A program made the translations under genes and the position numbers. From positions 3,616,001 to 3,680,000 of the forward strand of contig OY970296.1 of NCBI GenBank assembly GCA_963716175.1: a stretch of DNA of 64,000 nt, written 5' to 3'. The stretch's first letter is position 1. Every line of letters starts with the position of its first letter. The stretch comes from an uncultured Armatimonadetes bacterium (lineage in GTDB: Bacteria; Armatimonadota; Hebobacteria; Hebobacterales; Hebobacteraceae). Shown here piece after piece: positions 19,389-30,966 of the stretch. The notes under the pieces are model-generated. The model was given only the letters and a program-made list of their open reading frames with translations, did no database searches and had not been told where the DNA came from.

Positions 19389-19885
19389 ATGGCTCCCAGG
19401 CGCCGTTTCGTGTACTCGACCAATCCTCCCGCGGCGATGATCTGTTGCAGGAAGGCCGGAAAGGGCTCGGCGCGGTACTTGCGACCCTGGGTCACATTCT
19501 CGATCTCGCCGCGGGCCAGGTCAACAGTCAGCTCGTCGCCGGCCCTCGCCTGCGCGGCCGCCTCCCGGCAGGCCAGCACAGGCAGGCCAACATTGATGGC
19601 ATTGCGGAAGAAGATGCGGGCGAAGCTGGCAGCGATCACACAGCTCACACCCGCGCCCCGGATCGCCAGCGGCGCGTGCTCCCGGGAGCTGCCGCAGCCG
19701 AAATTCTCCCCGGCCACGATGATATCACCAGGGCGCACCTTGTGCCCGAAATCCGGGTCAATATCCTCCATGCAGTGGGAGGCCAGCTCGGACACGTCCG
19801 AGGTGTTGAGGTAGCGCGCGGGGATGATGACATCGGTGTTGACGTGGTCGCCATAGCGATGGACCTTCCCGCGCAGCACGCTCAT
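19385..19885 (-). CDS. leuD: 3-isopropylmalate dehydratase small subunit
   Basis: [36 protein letters not shown]. Confidence 0.96.
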   Translation of the reverse strand: MSVLRGKVHRYGDHVNTDVIIPARYLNTSDVSELASHCMEDIDPDFGHKVRPGDIIVAGENFGCGSSREHAPLAIRGAGVSCVIAASFARIFFRNAINVGLPVLACREAAAQARAGDELTVDLARGEIENVTQGRKYRAEPFPAFLQQIIAAGGLVEYTKRRLGAM

Positions 19886-21144
19886 GGCAGTTCCTCCGGC
19901 CCGGCGACTCGACCCAGCACGGCGGAGGCGGCGGCCACTGCCGGTCCGGCGAGATAGACCTCGCTCTCCGGATGCCCCATGCGGCCCACGAAGTTGCGGT
20001 TGGTGGTCGCTACCGCCCGCTCCCCCTTGGCCAGCACCCCCATGTGGCCACCCAGGCAGGGGCCGCAAGTGGGTGTGCTGAAGGCGCCGCCGGCATTCAA
20101 GAACACCTCTGCCAGGCCCTCCTGGATCGCCTGGAGTTGCACCCGCGGCGTCGCCGGGATCACGATCAGGCGCACCCGAGGATGCACCTGGCGGCCCTTC
20201 AGGATCTGCGCCGCCATCCTGAGATCTTCGATGCGGCCATTAGTGCAGGAGCCGATGACCACCTGGTCAATCGGGATCTCGCCGACCTGGCTCACCGGCC
20301 GCGCATTCTCCGGCAGGTGAGGAAGGGCAACCTGAAGCTCTAGCTGCGAGCAGTCTATCTCCAGGGTCCTGGCGTAGTGGGCGTCGGGCTCGCTCCCCAT
20401 AGGGCGGTAAGAACGCGTGGTCACCGACCTCATATAGGCCTCGGTCACTGCGTCCGGGGCGATGATCCCATTCTTGGCCCCGGCCTCGACCGCCATATTG
20501 CACATGGTGAGGCGGCCGGCCATCGGCAGGGCCTCGATGGTGTCGCCACAGAACTCCAGGGCCTGGTAGGTGGCTCCCGAGACCCCGATCAGGCCGATGG
20601 TGTGCAGGATCAGATCCTTCCCCCCGACCCAGGGCTTGAGCTGGCCCCGGTAGACCACCTTGATGGACTCCGGGACCCGCAGCCAGCAGTCGCCGGTGGC
20701 CATCGCCACCGCCAGGTCCGTGCTGCCCACACCGGTGGCAAAGGCGCCGAGCGCGCCATAGGTGCAGGTGTGGGAGTCGGCGCCGATGATGCACTCGCCG
20801 GGGGCGACCAGCCCCTCCTCCGGGAGCAGCGCGTGCTCGATCCCGCCTCGGCCCACGTCCCAGAAGTGCTCCACTCCCTGCTCGCGCGAGAACTCCCGCA
20901 TCAGCCGGCACTGCTCGGCCGCCTTGATGTCCTTGTTGGGAGTGGAGTGATCGGCCACCAGCACCACCCGCGCCGAATCCACGACTTTCGCGGCGCCGAT
21001 TCTGCGGAACTCCTCAATGGCGATGGGCGCGGTGATGTCGTTGCCCAGCATCAGGTCGAGCCGGGCCATCACGAACTGCCCGGGCCGCACCTGGGCCTGG
21101 CCGGAATGGGCGGCCAGAATCTTCGCGGTGAGGGTCATACCCAT
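19882..21144 (-). CDS. leuC: 3-isopropylmalate dehydratase large subunit
   Basis: [34 protein letters not shown]. Confidence 0.96.
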   Translation of the reverse strand: MGMTLTAKILAAHSGQAQVRPGQFVMARLDLMLGNDITAPIAIEEFRRIGAAKVVDSARVVLVADHSTPNKDIKAAEQCRLMREFSREQGVEHFWDVGRGGIEHALLPEEGLVAPGECIIGADSHTCTYGALGAFATGVGSTDLAVAMATGDCWLRVPESIKVVYRGQLKPWVGGKDLILHTIGLIGVSGATYQALEFCGDTIEALPMAGRLTMCNMAVEAGAKNGIIAPDAVTEAYMRSVTTRSYRPMGSEPDAHYARTLEIDCSQLELQVALPHLPENARPVSQVGEIPIDQVVIGSCTNGRIEDLRMAAQILKGRQVHPRVRLIVIPATPRVQLQAIQEGLAEVFLNAGGAFSTPTCGPCLGGHMGVLAKGERAVATTNRNFVGRMGHPESEVYLAGPAVAAASAVLGRVAGPEELP

Positions 21145-21145
21145 G

Positions 21146-22732
21146 CTAGTGCGGCTTCCTGCGAATGCGCCGCCGCGCCCCACCGCTGCGGAAGACCACC
21201 TTGTTGAGGGCCTGCAGATAGGCCTTGGCGGAGGCCTCGATGATATCCATGCTGGAGCCGCGGCCGGTGAAAATCTCGCCCCCGCGGTCGCTGATCCGCA
21301 CTGTCACCTCGCCCAGGGCGTCAGTGCCGCCGGTCACGGAACTGACGTTGTAGTCCACCAGGCGGTGCGGGACCTTGATCAGCCGGTCAATGGCGCTGTA
21401 CACCGCATCCACGCTTCCCACGCCATTGGCCACGCCCTGGAAGAGCTGCCCGTTCTGGCGCAGGCGCACGGTGGCGGTGGGAATGGTGGTGCCCCCGCTC
21501 ACCACGTGCAGGTAGTCGAGAGCGTAGATCTCCTGGGCTACCCGCAGCTCGTCGGCCACCAGGGACTCGAGCTCGTCGTCGGTCACCTCTTTGCGCTGGT
21601 CGGCCACCTCCAGGAAGCGCTGGTAGGTCTTCTCCAGCTCGCCCGGCGACAGGTCATAGCCGAGCTCGGCCAGCCGGTGCCTAACCGCCTTGCGGCCGGA
21701 GCGGCTGGTGAGCACGATCTCACTTTTCTCTCGACCGACTTTCTGGGGCCGCACGATCTCAAAGCTCGCCCGCCGCTCCAGCAGCTTGATCACCCCGTCC
21801 ACGTGGACACCAGAGGCGTGGGCGAAGGCATTCGCCCCTACGATCGCCTTGTTGGGCTGCACGGGGATCCCGGTCACTTCGCGCACCAGCCGGCTAGTCC
21901 GGTAAATCTCCTTCAGGTTGATCCCGGTTTCGAACTTGCGCTTCAGCTCCGGCCTGGTGTCGAGGATGACGGAGACTTCCTCCAGGGCAGCGTTCCCCGC
22001 GCGCTCCCCGAGGCCATTGATGGTGCACTCGACCTGGGTGGCCCCGTTCACAATCGCTGCCACCGAGTTGGCGGTGGCCAGGCCGAGATCATCGTGGCAG
22101 TGCACACTGATGGTCACTTTGCCGATGTTCGGCACCGCCTCCCGGAGTCTCCGGATCAGGTCGCCGAACCCCCAGGGAAGGGCGTAGCCGAGGGTGTCGG
22201 GGATATTGATGATGGATGCGCCTGCGTCAATCGTTGCTTCTACCACCTGGCAGAGATAGTCGAACTCCGTGCGCGTGGCGTCCATCGGCGAGAACTCCAC
22301 CTCCTCAATCAGGTCGCGGGCGCGAGCGACCGACGAGACCGCCATCTCCAGTACCTCCTCCTTGCTCTTGCGCAAGATTCCCGCGCGATGCTGGGGCGAG
22401 GTACTCAGGAAGACATGAAGGCGCACCCGCTTGCCGCCCCTAAGCGCCTCGGCGGTGCGGTCAATCGCCTCTGGGCGGCAGAGGCTGAGCCCGGCAATGA
22501 CCGGGCCCTTCACCTGCTTGACGATCTGCCGTACCGCGGCGAAGTCCCCCGGTGACGAGTAAGGGAATCCAGCCTCGATCACATCCACCCCAAGGCGGCC
22601 AAGCTGCTGGGCCACCTTCAGCTTCTCCTCGGCCGTCATGCTGGCGCCGGGGCACTGCTCGGCATCGCGCAGTGTGGTGTCGAAGATCGCGATCCGCGTT
22701 TTCCTATGTTTGGTCGTCCTCGGGGCAGCCAT
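21146..22732 (-). CDS. leuA: 2-isopropylmalate synthase
   Basis: FDTTLRDAEQ, HCHDDLG, NGLGERAGNA, C-terminal regulatory domain. Confidence 0.94.
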   Translation of the reverse strand: MAAPRTTKHRKTRIAIFDTTLRDAEQCPGASMTAEEKLKVAQQLGRLGVDVIEAGFPYSSPGDFAAVRQIVKQVKGPVIAGLSLCRPEAIDRTAEALRGGKRVRLHVFLSTSPQHRAGILRKSKEEVLEMAVSSVARARDLIEEVEFSPMDATRTEFDYLCQVVEATIDAGASIINIPDTLGYALPWGFGDLIRRLREAVPNIGKVTISVHCHDDLGLATANSVAAIVNGATQVECTINGLGERAGNAALEEVSVILDTRPELKRKFETGINLKEIYRTSRLVREVTGIPVQPNKAIVGANAFAHASGVHVDGVIKLLERRASFEIVRPQKVGREKSEIVLTSRSGRKAVRHRLAELGYDLSPGELEKTYQRFLEVADQRKEVTDDELESLVADELRVAQEIYALDYLHVVSGGTTIPTATVRLRQNGQLFQGVANGVGSVDAVYSAIDRLIKVPHRLVDYNVSSVTGGTDALGEVTVRISDRGGEIFTGRGSSMDIIEASAKAYLQALNKVVFRSGGARRRIRRKPH

Positions 22733-22758
22733 GCTCTCACACCTCCAATCGCGGCTAG

Positions 22759-22801
22759 GGGCAGGTTGGAAACCTGCCCTACGACGGGCCGCAGGCCAGC
22801 C

Positions 22802-22805
<4 letters not shown>
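22759..22805 (-). repeat. Two tandem REP variants; one supplies the ilvC stop
   Basis: GTAGGGCAGGTTTCCAACCTGCCC (22759-22782) and degenerate GTAGGGCTGGCCTGCGGCCC (22786-22805). Confidence 0.7.
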
Positions 22806-23794
<989 letters not shown>

Positions 23795-23810
23795 GTTTCC
23801 TCTCCTCACG

Positions 23811-24176
23811 TTATCCACGTTTCCCAGGTTCTGCCGCGCCTCTCGTGCCCTCTTCGGCCCGCCGCCGCCAGATCACCCCCAGCGCCAGCCCGATCACCAG
23901 GCCGATCGCGAGGAAGAGGGCGAGGTTGATCAGCAGCCCTCGCACACTGTCCAGGCCATAGTGGCCGACGATGCTACTGTACATCCGCCACAGCAGCCAG
24001 ATGGCCGGACCCGCCAGCCCGCACAGCAGTCCCACGGCCAGATCGGCCGCCAGCCGGCGACGAATCGCGCCCGCCACCGCGCCCAGCAGCAGGCCAAGCG
24101 CCGGCAGCGCGACCGCGATCAGCGCCAGCGCCCGTTCCGCCTGCTCGACGGTGATCAGTTCCTTCATCTCGGACAT
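23811..24176 (-). CDS. Hypothetical membrane protein (about 3 TM helices) inside the ilv-leu operon
   Basis: Co-oriented ORF filling the ilvN-ilvC gap, with hydrophobic helices and host-like codon usage. Confidence 0.75.
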   Translation of the reverse strand: MSEMKELITVEQAERALALIAVALPALGLLLGAVAGAIRRRLAADLAVGLLCGLAGPAIWLLWRMYSSIVGHYGLDSVRGLLINLALFLAIGLVIGLALGVIWRRRAEEGTRGAAEPGKRG

Positions 24177-24214
24177 CGCAGCATCCCAGCCGCCAGGTGG
24201 TCTGCCCAGCGCCC

Positions 24215-24291
24215 GGCGGGCATGCGGAGATGGCTAGGTTGCCGGAGGCAACCGCCATGGCGGCTCAGGCCTAGCCACATGCCCGCCCTAC
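24215..24291 (-). repeat. Family A REP with a family D element nested in its loop
   Basis: GGCGGGCATG (24215-24224) ... TGGCTAGG..CCGCCATGGCGG..CCTAGCCA (24231-24277) ... CATGCCCGCCCTAC (24278-24291). Confidence 0.78.
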
Positions 24292-24301
24292 AAGCGACAG
24301 C

Positions 24302-24788
24302 TTACGCAGTGCGAGGACCGCGGGAGAGCACGATGCGACCCGTGCGCATCACCTCTTTGATCCCGTAGTTGCGCAGCAGCCCGATCAGAGCGTCAATCTT
24401 GTCCGCCCCGCCCGTCACCTCGATGGTGAAGGTGCGATCCGAGACGTCCACGATGTTGGCGCGGAAGATGCTCACGGTCTGCATGATCTCGCCCCGGCTG
24501 GCCGGCTCTGCCTCCACCTTGATCAAGGCCAGCTCGCGCGACTATGATCGGCTCGTTCTGGTGGTCGAGCACCTTGATCACGTCCAGCAGCTTGTAGAGC
24601 TGCTTGCTGATCTGCTCCAGGATCGCGTCGGGCCCATCTACCACGATGGTCATGCGGGAGGTCTCCGGATCCTGGGTGGTGGCGACCGCCAGGCTGTCAA
24701 TGTTGAAGCCCCGCCGGGAGAACAGGCCGGCGGTGCGGGCCAGCACGCCGGGCCGGTTATTCACGAGCACCGAGATGGTGTGTTTCAT
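24302..24788 (-). CDS. ilvN: Acetolactate synthase small subunit (frameshift near 24538)
   Basis: [29 protein letters not shown]; continues in another frame as ELALIKV...IFRANIVDV...RTG. Confidence 0.93.
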
Positions 24789-24802
24789 GGCCGCCTCCCT
24801 GG

Positions 24803-26474
24803 TCAGTCCACCAGCATGTCTTCCACTGTGCCGCCGGCTGGCACCATGGGCATTACGTTCTCGTCACGCGCCACCTGGAAATCCACCAGGCAGGGCCGGT
24901 CGCTCACTGCCATCGCCTGCGCGACTACCTGCTCCACTTCCGAGTCCTTGGTCGCCCTCAGGCCGACCGCGCCATAGGCCTCGGCCAGCTTCACGAAGTC
25001 CGGGGAGCCGGTGGCGATGTCGGTGTGCGAGAGGCGCTCCCGGAAGAAGAGCGACTGCCACTGGCGCACCATACCGAGATAGCCGTTGTTCAGCACTGCG
25101 ATCTTCACTGGAATCCGGTTGGTCACCGCGGTCGCCATCTCCTGGATGTTCATCTGAATGCTGCCATCGCCGGCGATGTCCCAGACCACCTGCTCCGGGT
25201 GAGCGATCTGGGCGCCGATGGCCGCGGGCAGGCCGTAGCCCATGGTCCCCAGGCCCCCGGAGCTGATGAACTGCCGCGGCGCGCTTGCAGGGATACCACT
25301 GGGCCGCCCACATCTGGTTCTGGCCCACCTCGGTGACGATGATCGCCTCTCCCTTGGTGGCGCGATAGATCTCCTGGATCACATATTGGGGCTTCAGCCC
25401 ATCGCCCTTCCAGCGCAGGGGATATTGCTGCTTCCACTCCTCGATCTTCGCCCGCCACTCCGGGTGGCGGGCAGGCACCACCTTCTTTAGCAGCGCGTGC
25501 AGCACCAACTTGACGTCGCCCACGATAGGGAGAGCGGGGGCCACGTTCTTGCCGATCTCAGCCGGATCAATGTCCACATGGATGAACTTCGCGGCCCGCG
25601 CGAACATGTCCAGCTTGCCCGTCACCCGGTCGTCGAAGCGAGTCCCAGCCGCCAGGATCACGTCCGCCTCGTGCAGCGCGTAGTTGGCATAGGCGGTGCC
25701 ATGCATCCCAGGCATGCCCAGGGACAGATCATGGTCCTCCGGAAAGCCGCCCTTCCCCATCAGGGTCATGGTCACCGGCATGTCAGCTCGCTCGGCCAGC
25801 TCCACCAGCTCGGCCTGGGCGTCGGCGCTGTTGATCCCGCCCCCGCCGTAGATCAGGGGCCGCTGGGCCCCGTTGATCATCTCCGCCGCTCGCTCGATCA
25901 TCTTCACGTGCCCGCTCCGGGTGGGCCGATAGCCGCGCAGCTCCACCTTCTCCGGGTACTCGAAATCGAGTTCCGCTTGCTGCACATCCCGGGGGAAGTC
26001 CACCAGCACCGGGCCAGGCCGGCCGGTGCGGGCAACGTGAAATGCTTCTTTCAACACCCGCGGCACATCGGCGGCCTTGGTGAGCAGGTAGTTGTGCTTG
26101 GTGATGGGCATGGTGATGCCGGTGATGTCGGCCTCCTGGAAGGCGTCCTTGCCGATGGCGAAGGTTGGCACCTGCCCTGTGATCGCCACGATCGGCACCG
26201 AGTCCATGTACGCGGTGGCGATCCCGGTCACCAGATTCGTGGCGCCGGGGCCAGAGGTGGCCAGGCACACGCCCACCTTGCCACTGGCGCGGGCATAGCC
26301 ATCCGCGGCATGCGCGGCGCCCTGCTCGTGCCGCACCAGGATGTGGCGGATGTCCTTGACGTCGTACAGCACGTCGTAGATCGGCAGCAGGACACCGCCC
26401 GGGTAGCCGAAGATGACCTCGACTCCCTCGCGCCTCAGGCTCTCCATCAATGCTTGCGCGCCGGTCATCCTCAT
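24803..26474 (-). CDS. ilvB: Acetolactate synthase large subunit (frameshift near 25278)
   Basis: [27 protein letters not shown]; after the shift [13 protein letters not shown] and GDGSIQMN. Confidence 0.94.
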
Positions 26475-28246
26475 GCTCTCACCTCTCTGCTCATCTCGCC
26501 ATTCACCATCATCACTGCGCCTCGCGCGGCCGAGGAAACTTGAGCCGCGTAGCGGGCCAGCCAACCGGTAGCAATCTTGGGCGGCAATGGCCTCCAACTA
26601 CGGCGCCGGTCTCTCAGCTCCCCCGCCTTGACCCGCAGCTCGATCTTCCGGCGGTTGATGTCAATCAGGATCTGATCTCCCTCTTGCACCAGGCCGATCG
26701 CGCCGCCAGCGGCGGCCTCTGGCGAGATATGACCCACGGAGAGGCCAATGGTCGCGCCGGAGAAGCGCCCGTCAGTGATCAGAGCAACCGATTCGTTGAG
26801 GCCCGCGGCGTAGATCTGCGAGGTGGGGTAGAGCATCTCCCTCATCCCCGGGCCTCCCCGGGGTCCTTCGTACTGTATTACCACCACGTCGCCCGGCTGT
26901 ATCTTGCCCTCCACGATCGCCTGGGTGGCATCTTCCTCCCGCGTGAAGACCCGCGCCCGGCCCACAAAGCGGCGCATCTTGCGCGCCACCGCCGACTGCT
27001 TCACCACCGCGCCATCGGGCGCCAGATTGCCGGTCAGGATGGCGATCCCGCCCTCCTTGTGGTAGGGCCGATCGAGGGGCCGGATCACCTCGGCATCGAG
27101 CACTCGCGCCACGGCGGCGATCTGCTGGGTAGGCAGGCCGCTCACTGTATTCGCGGCCTCGAGCTGGCCGGCGATCACATGCATCACCGCCGGTACGCCC
27201 CCCGCCCGGTCCAGGTCCTGCATCGCGTGCACCGCGGTGGGGCCGGGCAGGATATCCGTGATGTGGGGAGTGGTCCGCGAGATATCATCAAACCAACCGA
27301 TCGGCAGCTCGATTCCGGCCTCGTATGCGATCGCCGGCAGATGCAGCACCGTATTGCTGGAACCGCCCAGCGCGTTATCCACGCGGATGGCATTACGGAA
27401 GGCGGCTGTGGTGAGAATCGCGCGCGGCCGAACCTCTTCCCGCACCAGCTCCACGATGCGCTCGCCGCTGGCGTAGGCGATGCGCTTCCGCTCGGCCGAC
27501 ACCGCCAGGGCGGTGCCCGAACCGGGCAGAGAAAGGCCCAGCGCCTCCGTGAGGCAGGCCATGGTATTGGCCGTATACAGCCCCTGGCAGGAACCGATCC
27601 CCGGGCAGGCCGCCATCTCCAGCGCGGTGAGCTGCTGGTCGTTGAGGAGCCCAGCCTTGTGCCAGCCGGCCCCGTAATAGCCGTCGCCGTAGACGACATG
27701 GCCTGCGGCCAGGCGCTCGGCCGTTTTCGCGGTTTCGGGCTTACCCGCGGTGCGGAATTGCTCTGCGGCCGCCATCATATCATCGGCAAGGCGCGCGCAC
27801 TCGCCGGCCATCATTGGGCCCCCGGTCACCACAATCGCGGGGATATTGACCCGGACCGCCGCCATCAGCATGCCGGGCGTGATCTTGTCGCAGTTGGTGA
27901 GCAGCACTACGCCGTCAAACTGGTGGGCCTCTAGCATGGATTCCACCGAGTCCGCGATCAGCTCCCGGGATGGGAGGGAATAGTGCATTCCCGCATGCCC
28001 CATGGCGAGGCCATCGCAGATGCCGGGCAGGCCGAAGAAGAAGGCCGTGCCGCCAGCGGCGAAGATACCGCGCTCGATGTGGCGCTCCAGGTCACGCAGA
28101 CCGACATGACCGGGGATGATGTCGTTCCAGCTGGTGGCGACGGCGATGAAAGGCCGGTCAATGGCGCTTCGGCCCAGGCCCGACCCATAGAGCAGAGCGC
28201 GGTGCGGCGCCCGCTCCGGCCCCGTCTTGATCACATCGCTGCGCAT
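26471..28246 (-). CDS. ilvD: Dihydroxy-acid dehydratase
   Basis: [51 protein letters not shown]. Confidence 0.96.
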   Translation of the reverse strand: MRSDVIKTGPERAPHRALLYGSGLGRSAIDRPFIAVATSWNDIIPGHVGLRDLERHIERGIFAAGGTAFFFGLPGICDGLAMGHAGMHYSLPSRELIADSVESMLEAHQFDGVVLLTNCDKITPGMLMAAVRVNIPAIVVTGGPMMAGECARLADDMMAAAEQFRTAGKPETAKTAERLAAGHVVYGDGYYGAGWHKAGLLNDQQLTALEMAACPGIGSCQGLYTANTMACLTEALGLSLPGSGTALAVSAERKRIAYASGERIVELVREEVRPRAILTTAAFRNAIRVDNALGGSSNTVLHLPAIAYEAGIELPIGWFDDISRTTPHITDILPGPTAVHAMQDLDRAGGVPAVMHVIAGQLEAANTVSGLPTQQIAAVARVLDAEVIRPLDRPYHKEGGIAILTGNLAPDGAVVKQSAVARKMRRFVGRARVFTREEDATQAIVEGKIQPGDVVVIQYEGPRGGPGMREMLYPTSQIYAAGLNESVALITDGRFSGATIGLSVGHISPEAAAGGAIGLVQEGDQILIDINRRKIELRVKAGELRDRRRSWRPLPPKIATGWLARYAAQVSSAARGAVMMVNGEMSREVRA

Positions 28247-28269
28247 AATGTCTCCTCGTCCAACCTGCC

Positions 28270-28399
28270 TAGAGCGCGTTTCATAACCTACCTGCTGGCT
28301 GGCCGCACCACGCCCTCGCATCAAATGCGCCTGCCAGGGCCTGACGTTGTGCAGTGCTGTCTCATAACCTCCCCTGGGAAGGTTATGAAACAGCTTCTA
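28270..28399. mobile_element. Family C MITE-like element (130 bp, TA ends, 16/20 terminal inverted repeats)
   Basis: TAGAGCGCGTTTCATAACCT ... AGGTTATGAAACAGCTTCTA. A related end is present at about 56157-56195. Confidence 0.7.
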
Positions 28400-28402
28400 T
28401 GC

Positions 28403-28434
28403 AAAAACCTCTCGTCCCAGTTTGGGACGAGAGG
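28403..28434 (-). terminator. Intrinsic terminator of the T-box leader
   Basis: CCTCTCGTCCC-AAACT-GGGACGAGAGG-TTTTT on the minus strand. Confidence 0.92.
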
Positions 28435-28770
28435 CGCAGGTCTCTCGCGGTACCACCCAAATTGAACGACGGCCGTCGCCGACGTGATGGCCGCGTCCCA
28501 CTCTCTGCGCGCTAACGGGCGGCTCCCGGCACCGGCCTATGCTACTCTGCGAAGTAGCGAAGTAACATCACTACTTCGCTACGAAGCACGAGCTGGATGC
28601 GTTCGGCCGGGCAGCTCTGGGGCGAGATTCGGTGGCTAAGCCTGCCTCTAGCAGGCCGCCATGGCGGCCCTTTCGGGCCTAGCCACAGGTTCCCGGCGCC
28701 GGCTCCCAGCCCAGACCGGCTCTCTGGAGCCTGAGTCCCTGCCTACTGCTCCCCTTCGTCGCTTTTGCGG
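28403..28770 (-). ncRNA. T-box riboswitch leader of the ilv-leu operon (specifier probably CUC/Leu)
   Basis: Stem I start GCGACGAAGGGGAGCAGTAG, AGAGA bulge, GCTG loop, specifier region GAATCTCGCCCC, CCGTTA motif, T-box AATTTGGGTGGTACCGCG, then terminator. Confidence 0.93.
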
Positions 28771-28784
28771 ACTCGACTGGAAGG

Positions 28785-28814
28785 ATTATAGCAGAGGCGG
28801 AAAGGCAGCGTCAA
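28785..28814 (-). promoter_or_regulatory. Sigma70-type promoter of the T-box/ilv-leu operon
   Basis: TTGACG-18 nt-TATAAT with extended -10 TG. Confidence 0.8.
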
Positions 28815-29031
28815 GCCCCAGCAGCTATGTGCGATCTTCGGCACCATCCTCCGCTTGCGCAGCCCATTTTCACCATCGCACCGGTCCGAAGTGGGTACCA
28901 AGAAATCAGTGGTGGTTCCGCCCCGAGCGGGGATTGCGCCGAGTGTCTTGCTGGGAACCGCCCGGGGCGGACCACCGGCATTCCGGCAGAGAGCGCCTGG
29001 TATAGCCGGCACTCTCCACGAGGCAAGCGAA

Positions 29032-29406
29032 ATGGCGAGGATCACGATCAATGCAGAGAAGAAGAGCTTGAACCACCCTGACGAAGTCCGCTCCTTCCCC
29101 AAGGGGAGAGTGGAGGTAGTGAGGGTGGGAGAGCATACCCTGATGCGGGCGACCTTCGAGCCAGGCTGGCGGTGGTCGCAGCACGTGAAGCCGCAGGTCG
29201 GCACTGAGAGCTGCGAAGTGCCGCACGTGGGCTACGTGATTTCAGGCCAACTGGCGACTCGCATGCACGACGGCACAGAGATCGAGGCCGGACCCGGCGA
29301 CTTCGTGGCTATTCCGCCAGGCCACGACGGCTGGGTGGTAGGAGATGAGCCGGTCGTGTTCCTGGACTTCGTGGGAGGCGAGGTCTACGGCAGACGGCAT
29401 GAGTGA
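29032..29406 (+). CDS. Cupin domain protein
   Basis: FEPGWRWSQHVKP, SCEVPHVGYVISG, IPPGHDGWVVGDEP. Confidence 0.9.
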   Translation: MARITINAEKKSLNHPDEVRSFPKGRVEVVRVGEHTLMRATFEPGWRWSQHVKPQVGTESCEVPHVGYVISGQLATRMHDGTEIEAGPGDFVAIPPGHDGWVVGDEPVVFLDFVGGEVYGRRHE

Positions 29407-29442
29407 CAACTGTCGGCGCCAGAAGGCGCCGAAGGCGTCGCT

Positions 29443-29475
29443 GAATCGCCATGGCGCAGCAGGCCGTGGCGATTC
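29443..29475. terminator. Hairpin between convergent cupin and GT2 genes (possible bidirectional terminator)
   Basis: GAATCGCCATGGC-n7-GCCGTGGCGATTC. Confidence 0.45.
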
Positions 29476-29502
29476 GCTTTCAGGGGGTCGGTCACAAGCG
29501 CG

Positions 29503-30177
29503 TCATTCCCTGAACCGATACTTGATCAGCGTCCACAGCGCCACCACCCCGTCCCACCACCGAATCTTCTTGCCCGCCCCCACGCTGCGGGCGTGGTAGC
29601 TCACCGGCACCTCCCGGATGCGCAGGCCGCGCTTGCGCACCTTGGCGGTGACCTCGGGGCAGAACTCGAACCGCTGGCATTGCAGCGGAATCTCCCGCAG
29701 CACCTCGGTGCGGAAGACCTTATAGCAGGTCGCCTCATCCGTGATGCCGGCCCGGTAGAGCAGATTGGCGAGCAGGGCGGCGAGCCAGTTGAAGACGCGG
29801 TGGGGCCAGCGCATTCCCTCGAAGCGCGGCGCGCGGCTGCCGTAGACCACGCTCGCTTCTCCCGCCAGAATGGGGGCGATCAGGGCCGGGTAATCGGCTG
29901 GATCATATTCCAGGTCGGCATCCTGGATGATCACGATGTCTCCCGTCACGTCGGCGAGCGCGCGTCGGATGGCCGCGCCTTTTCCTTGGTTGCGCGGCTG
30001 GCGAATCAGCTTGAGATCGTCGCCCGCGAGTCCGGCCACCACCTCCGGAGTGCCGTCCGAGCTGGCGTCATCTACGACGAGAATCTCCTTCTGCACCGGG
30101 GAGGCGCGCACGCGGGCGATGGTCTCGGCCACCGTCTCGCGCTCATTGTAGACCGGAATGATGACGGAGACTCTCAC
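29503..30177 (-). CDS. Glycosyltransferase family 2 (DPM1-like)
   Basis: VSVIIPVYNE, VDDASSDGT, NQGKGAA, QDADLEYDP, TDEATCYK. Confidence 0.93.
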   Translation of the reverse strand: MRVSVIIPVYNERETVAETIARVRASPVQKEILVVDDASSDGTPEVVAGLAGDDLKLIRQPRNQGKGAAIRRALADVTGDIVIIQDADLEYDPADYPALIAPILAGEASVVYGSRAPRFEGMRWPHRVFNWLAALLANLLYRAGITDEATCYKVFRTEVLREIPLQCQRFEFCPEVTAKVRKRGLRIREVPVSYHARSVGAGKKIRWWDGVVALWTLIKYRFRE

Positions 30178-30262
30178 CAGTCTGCCCCTGGATTGCTGAT
30201 ACCCTGAACTACTTCGGCAGGAACGGCCGTCCGCCTACCGAAGTGGATGTCAGGGCCGGACC

Positions 30263-30910
30263 ATGCTCGAAAGAACTTCTCGGCCGCCTTCGGCGTCTAA
30301 GCTGTCGGAGGATGCGGTGGAAGAGGCGATCGGACCGCAGGGCGCGACGCAGCCCGGGCGCCTGCGGGGAGCCGATGAGGCCGAGCTGGTGGCGGCCTGC
30401 GCTGATGGTAGGCCGGAGGCATTTCGCGAGCTGCTGGCGCGCCATCGGCGGTCCGTGCTCACGCTCGCCTACCACATGCTCGGCAATGCCGAAGATGCCG
30501 AGGACGTGGCCCAGGAAGCGTTCGTGCGGGTGTTCCAGGCGATCCCGCGCTTCCGCCAGCAGGCGGCCTTCACTACCTGGCTCTACCGCATCGTCACCAA
30601 CCTGTGCCTGGGCCGGCAGCGGAGGCGACGGCCGGTGGTGGAGCTGGAGACGCTGGCAGAGCCCAGCGCCCCGGACAGCCCCTCCGAGCAGGTGACCGAA
30701 GGCCTGGCGGCGAGACAGGTGCTGGCCCAGATGCCGGCCCAACTGCGAGCCATTTTGGTGCTGAGAGAGCAGGAGGAGCTGAGCTACGAGGAGATCGCCA
30801 AGGCGCTGGCCCTGCCGGTGGGAACGGTCCGGTCGCGCCTGAGCAAAGCCCGGGCCTGCTTCCGCCGCCTGTGGAGTGAGCTGTTGCAGAGCGCGGAAGG
30901 AAATGCTTGA
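30263..30910 (+). CDS. ECF RNA polymerase sigma factor
   Basis: DAEDVAQEAF, FTTWLYRIVTN, LSYEEIA, GTVRSRLSKAR. Start uncertain. Confidence 0.92.
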   Translation: MLERTSRPPSASKLSEDAVEEAIGPQGATQPGRLRGADEAELVAACADGRPEAFRELLARHRRSVLTLAYHMLGNAEDAEDVAQEAFVRVFQAIPRFRQQAAFTTWLYRIVTNLCLGRQRRRRPVVELETLAEPSAPDSPSEQVTEGLAARQVLAQMPAQLRAILVLREQEELSYEEIAKALALPVGTVRSRLSKARACFRRLWSELLQSAEGNA

Positions 30911-30966
30911 TCGCCCAGGGGTAATGACACGAGACGCGACCCAAGGGCTAACGAAAAGGGTGCACA

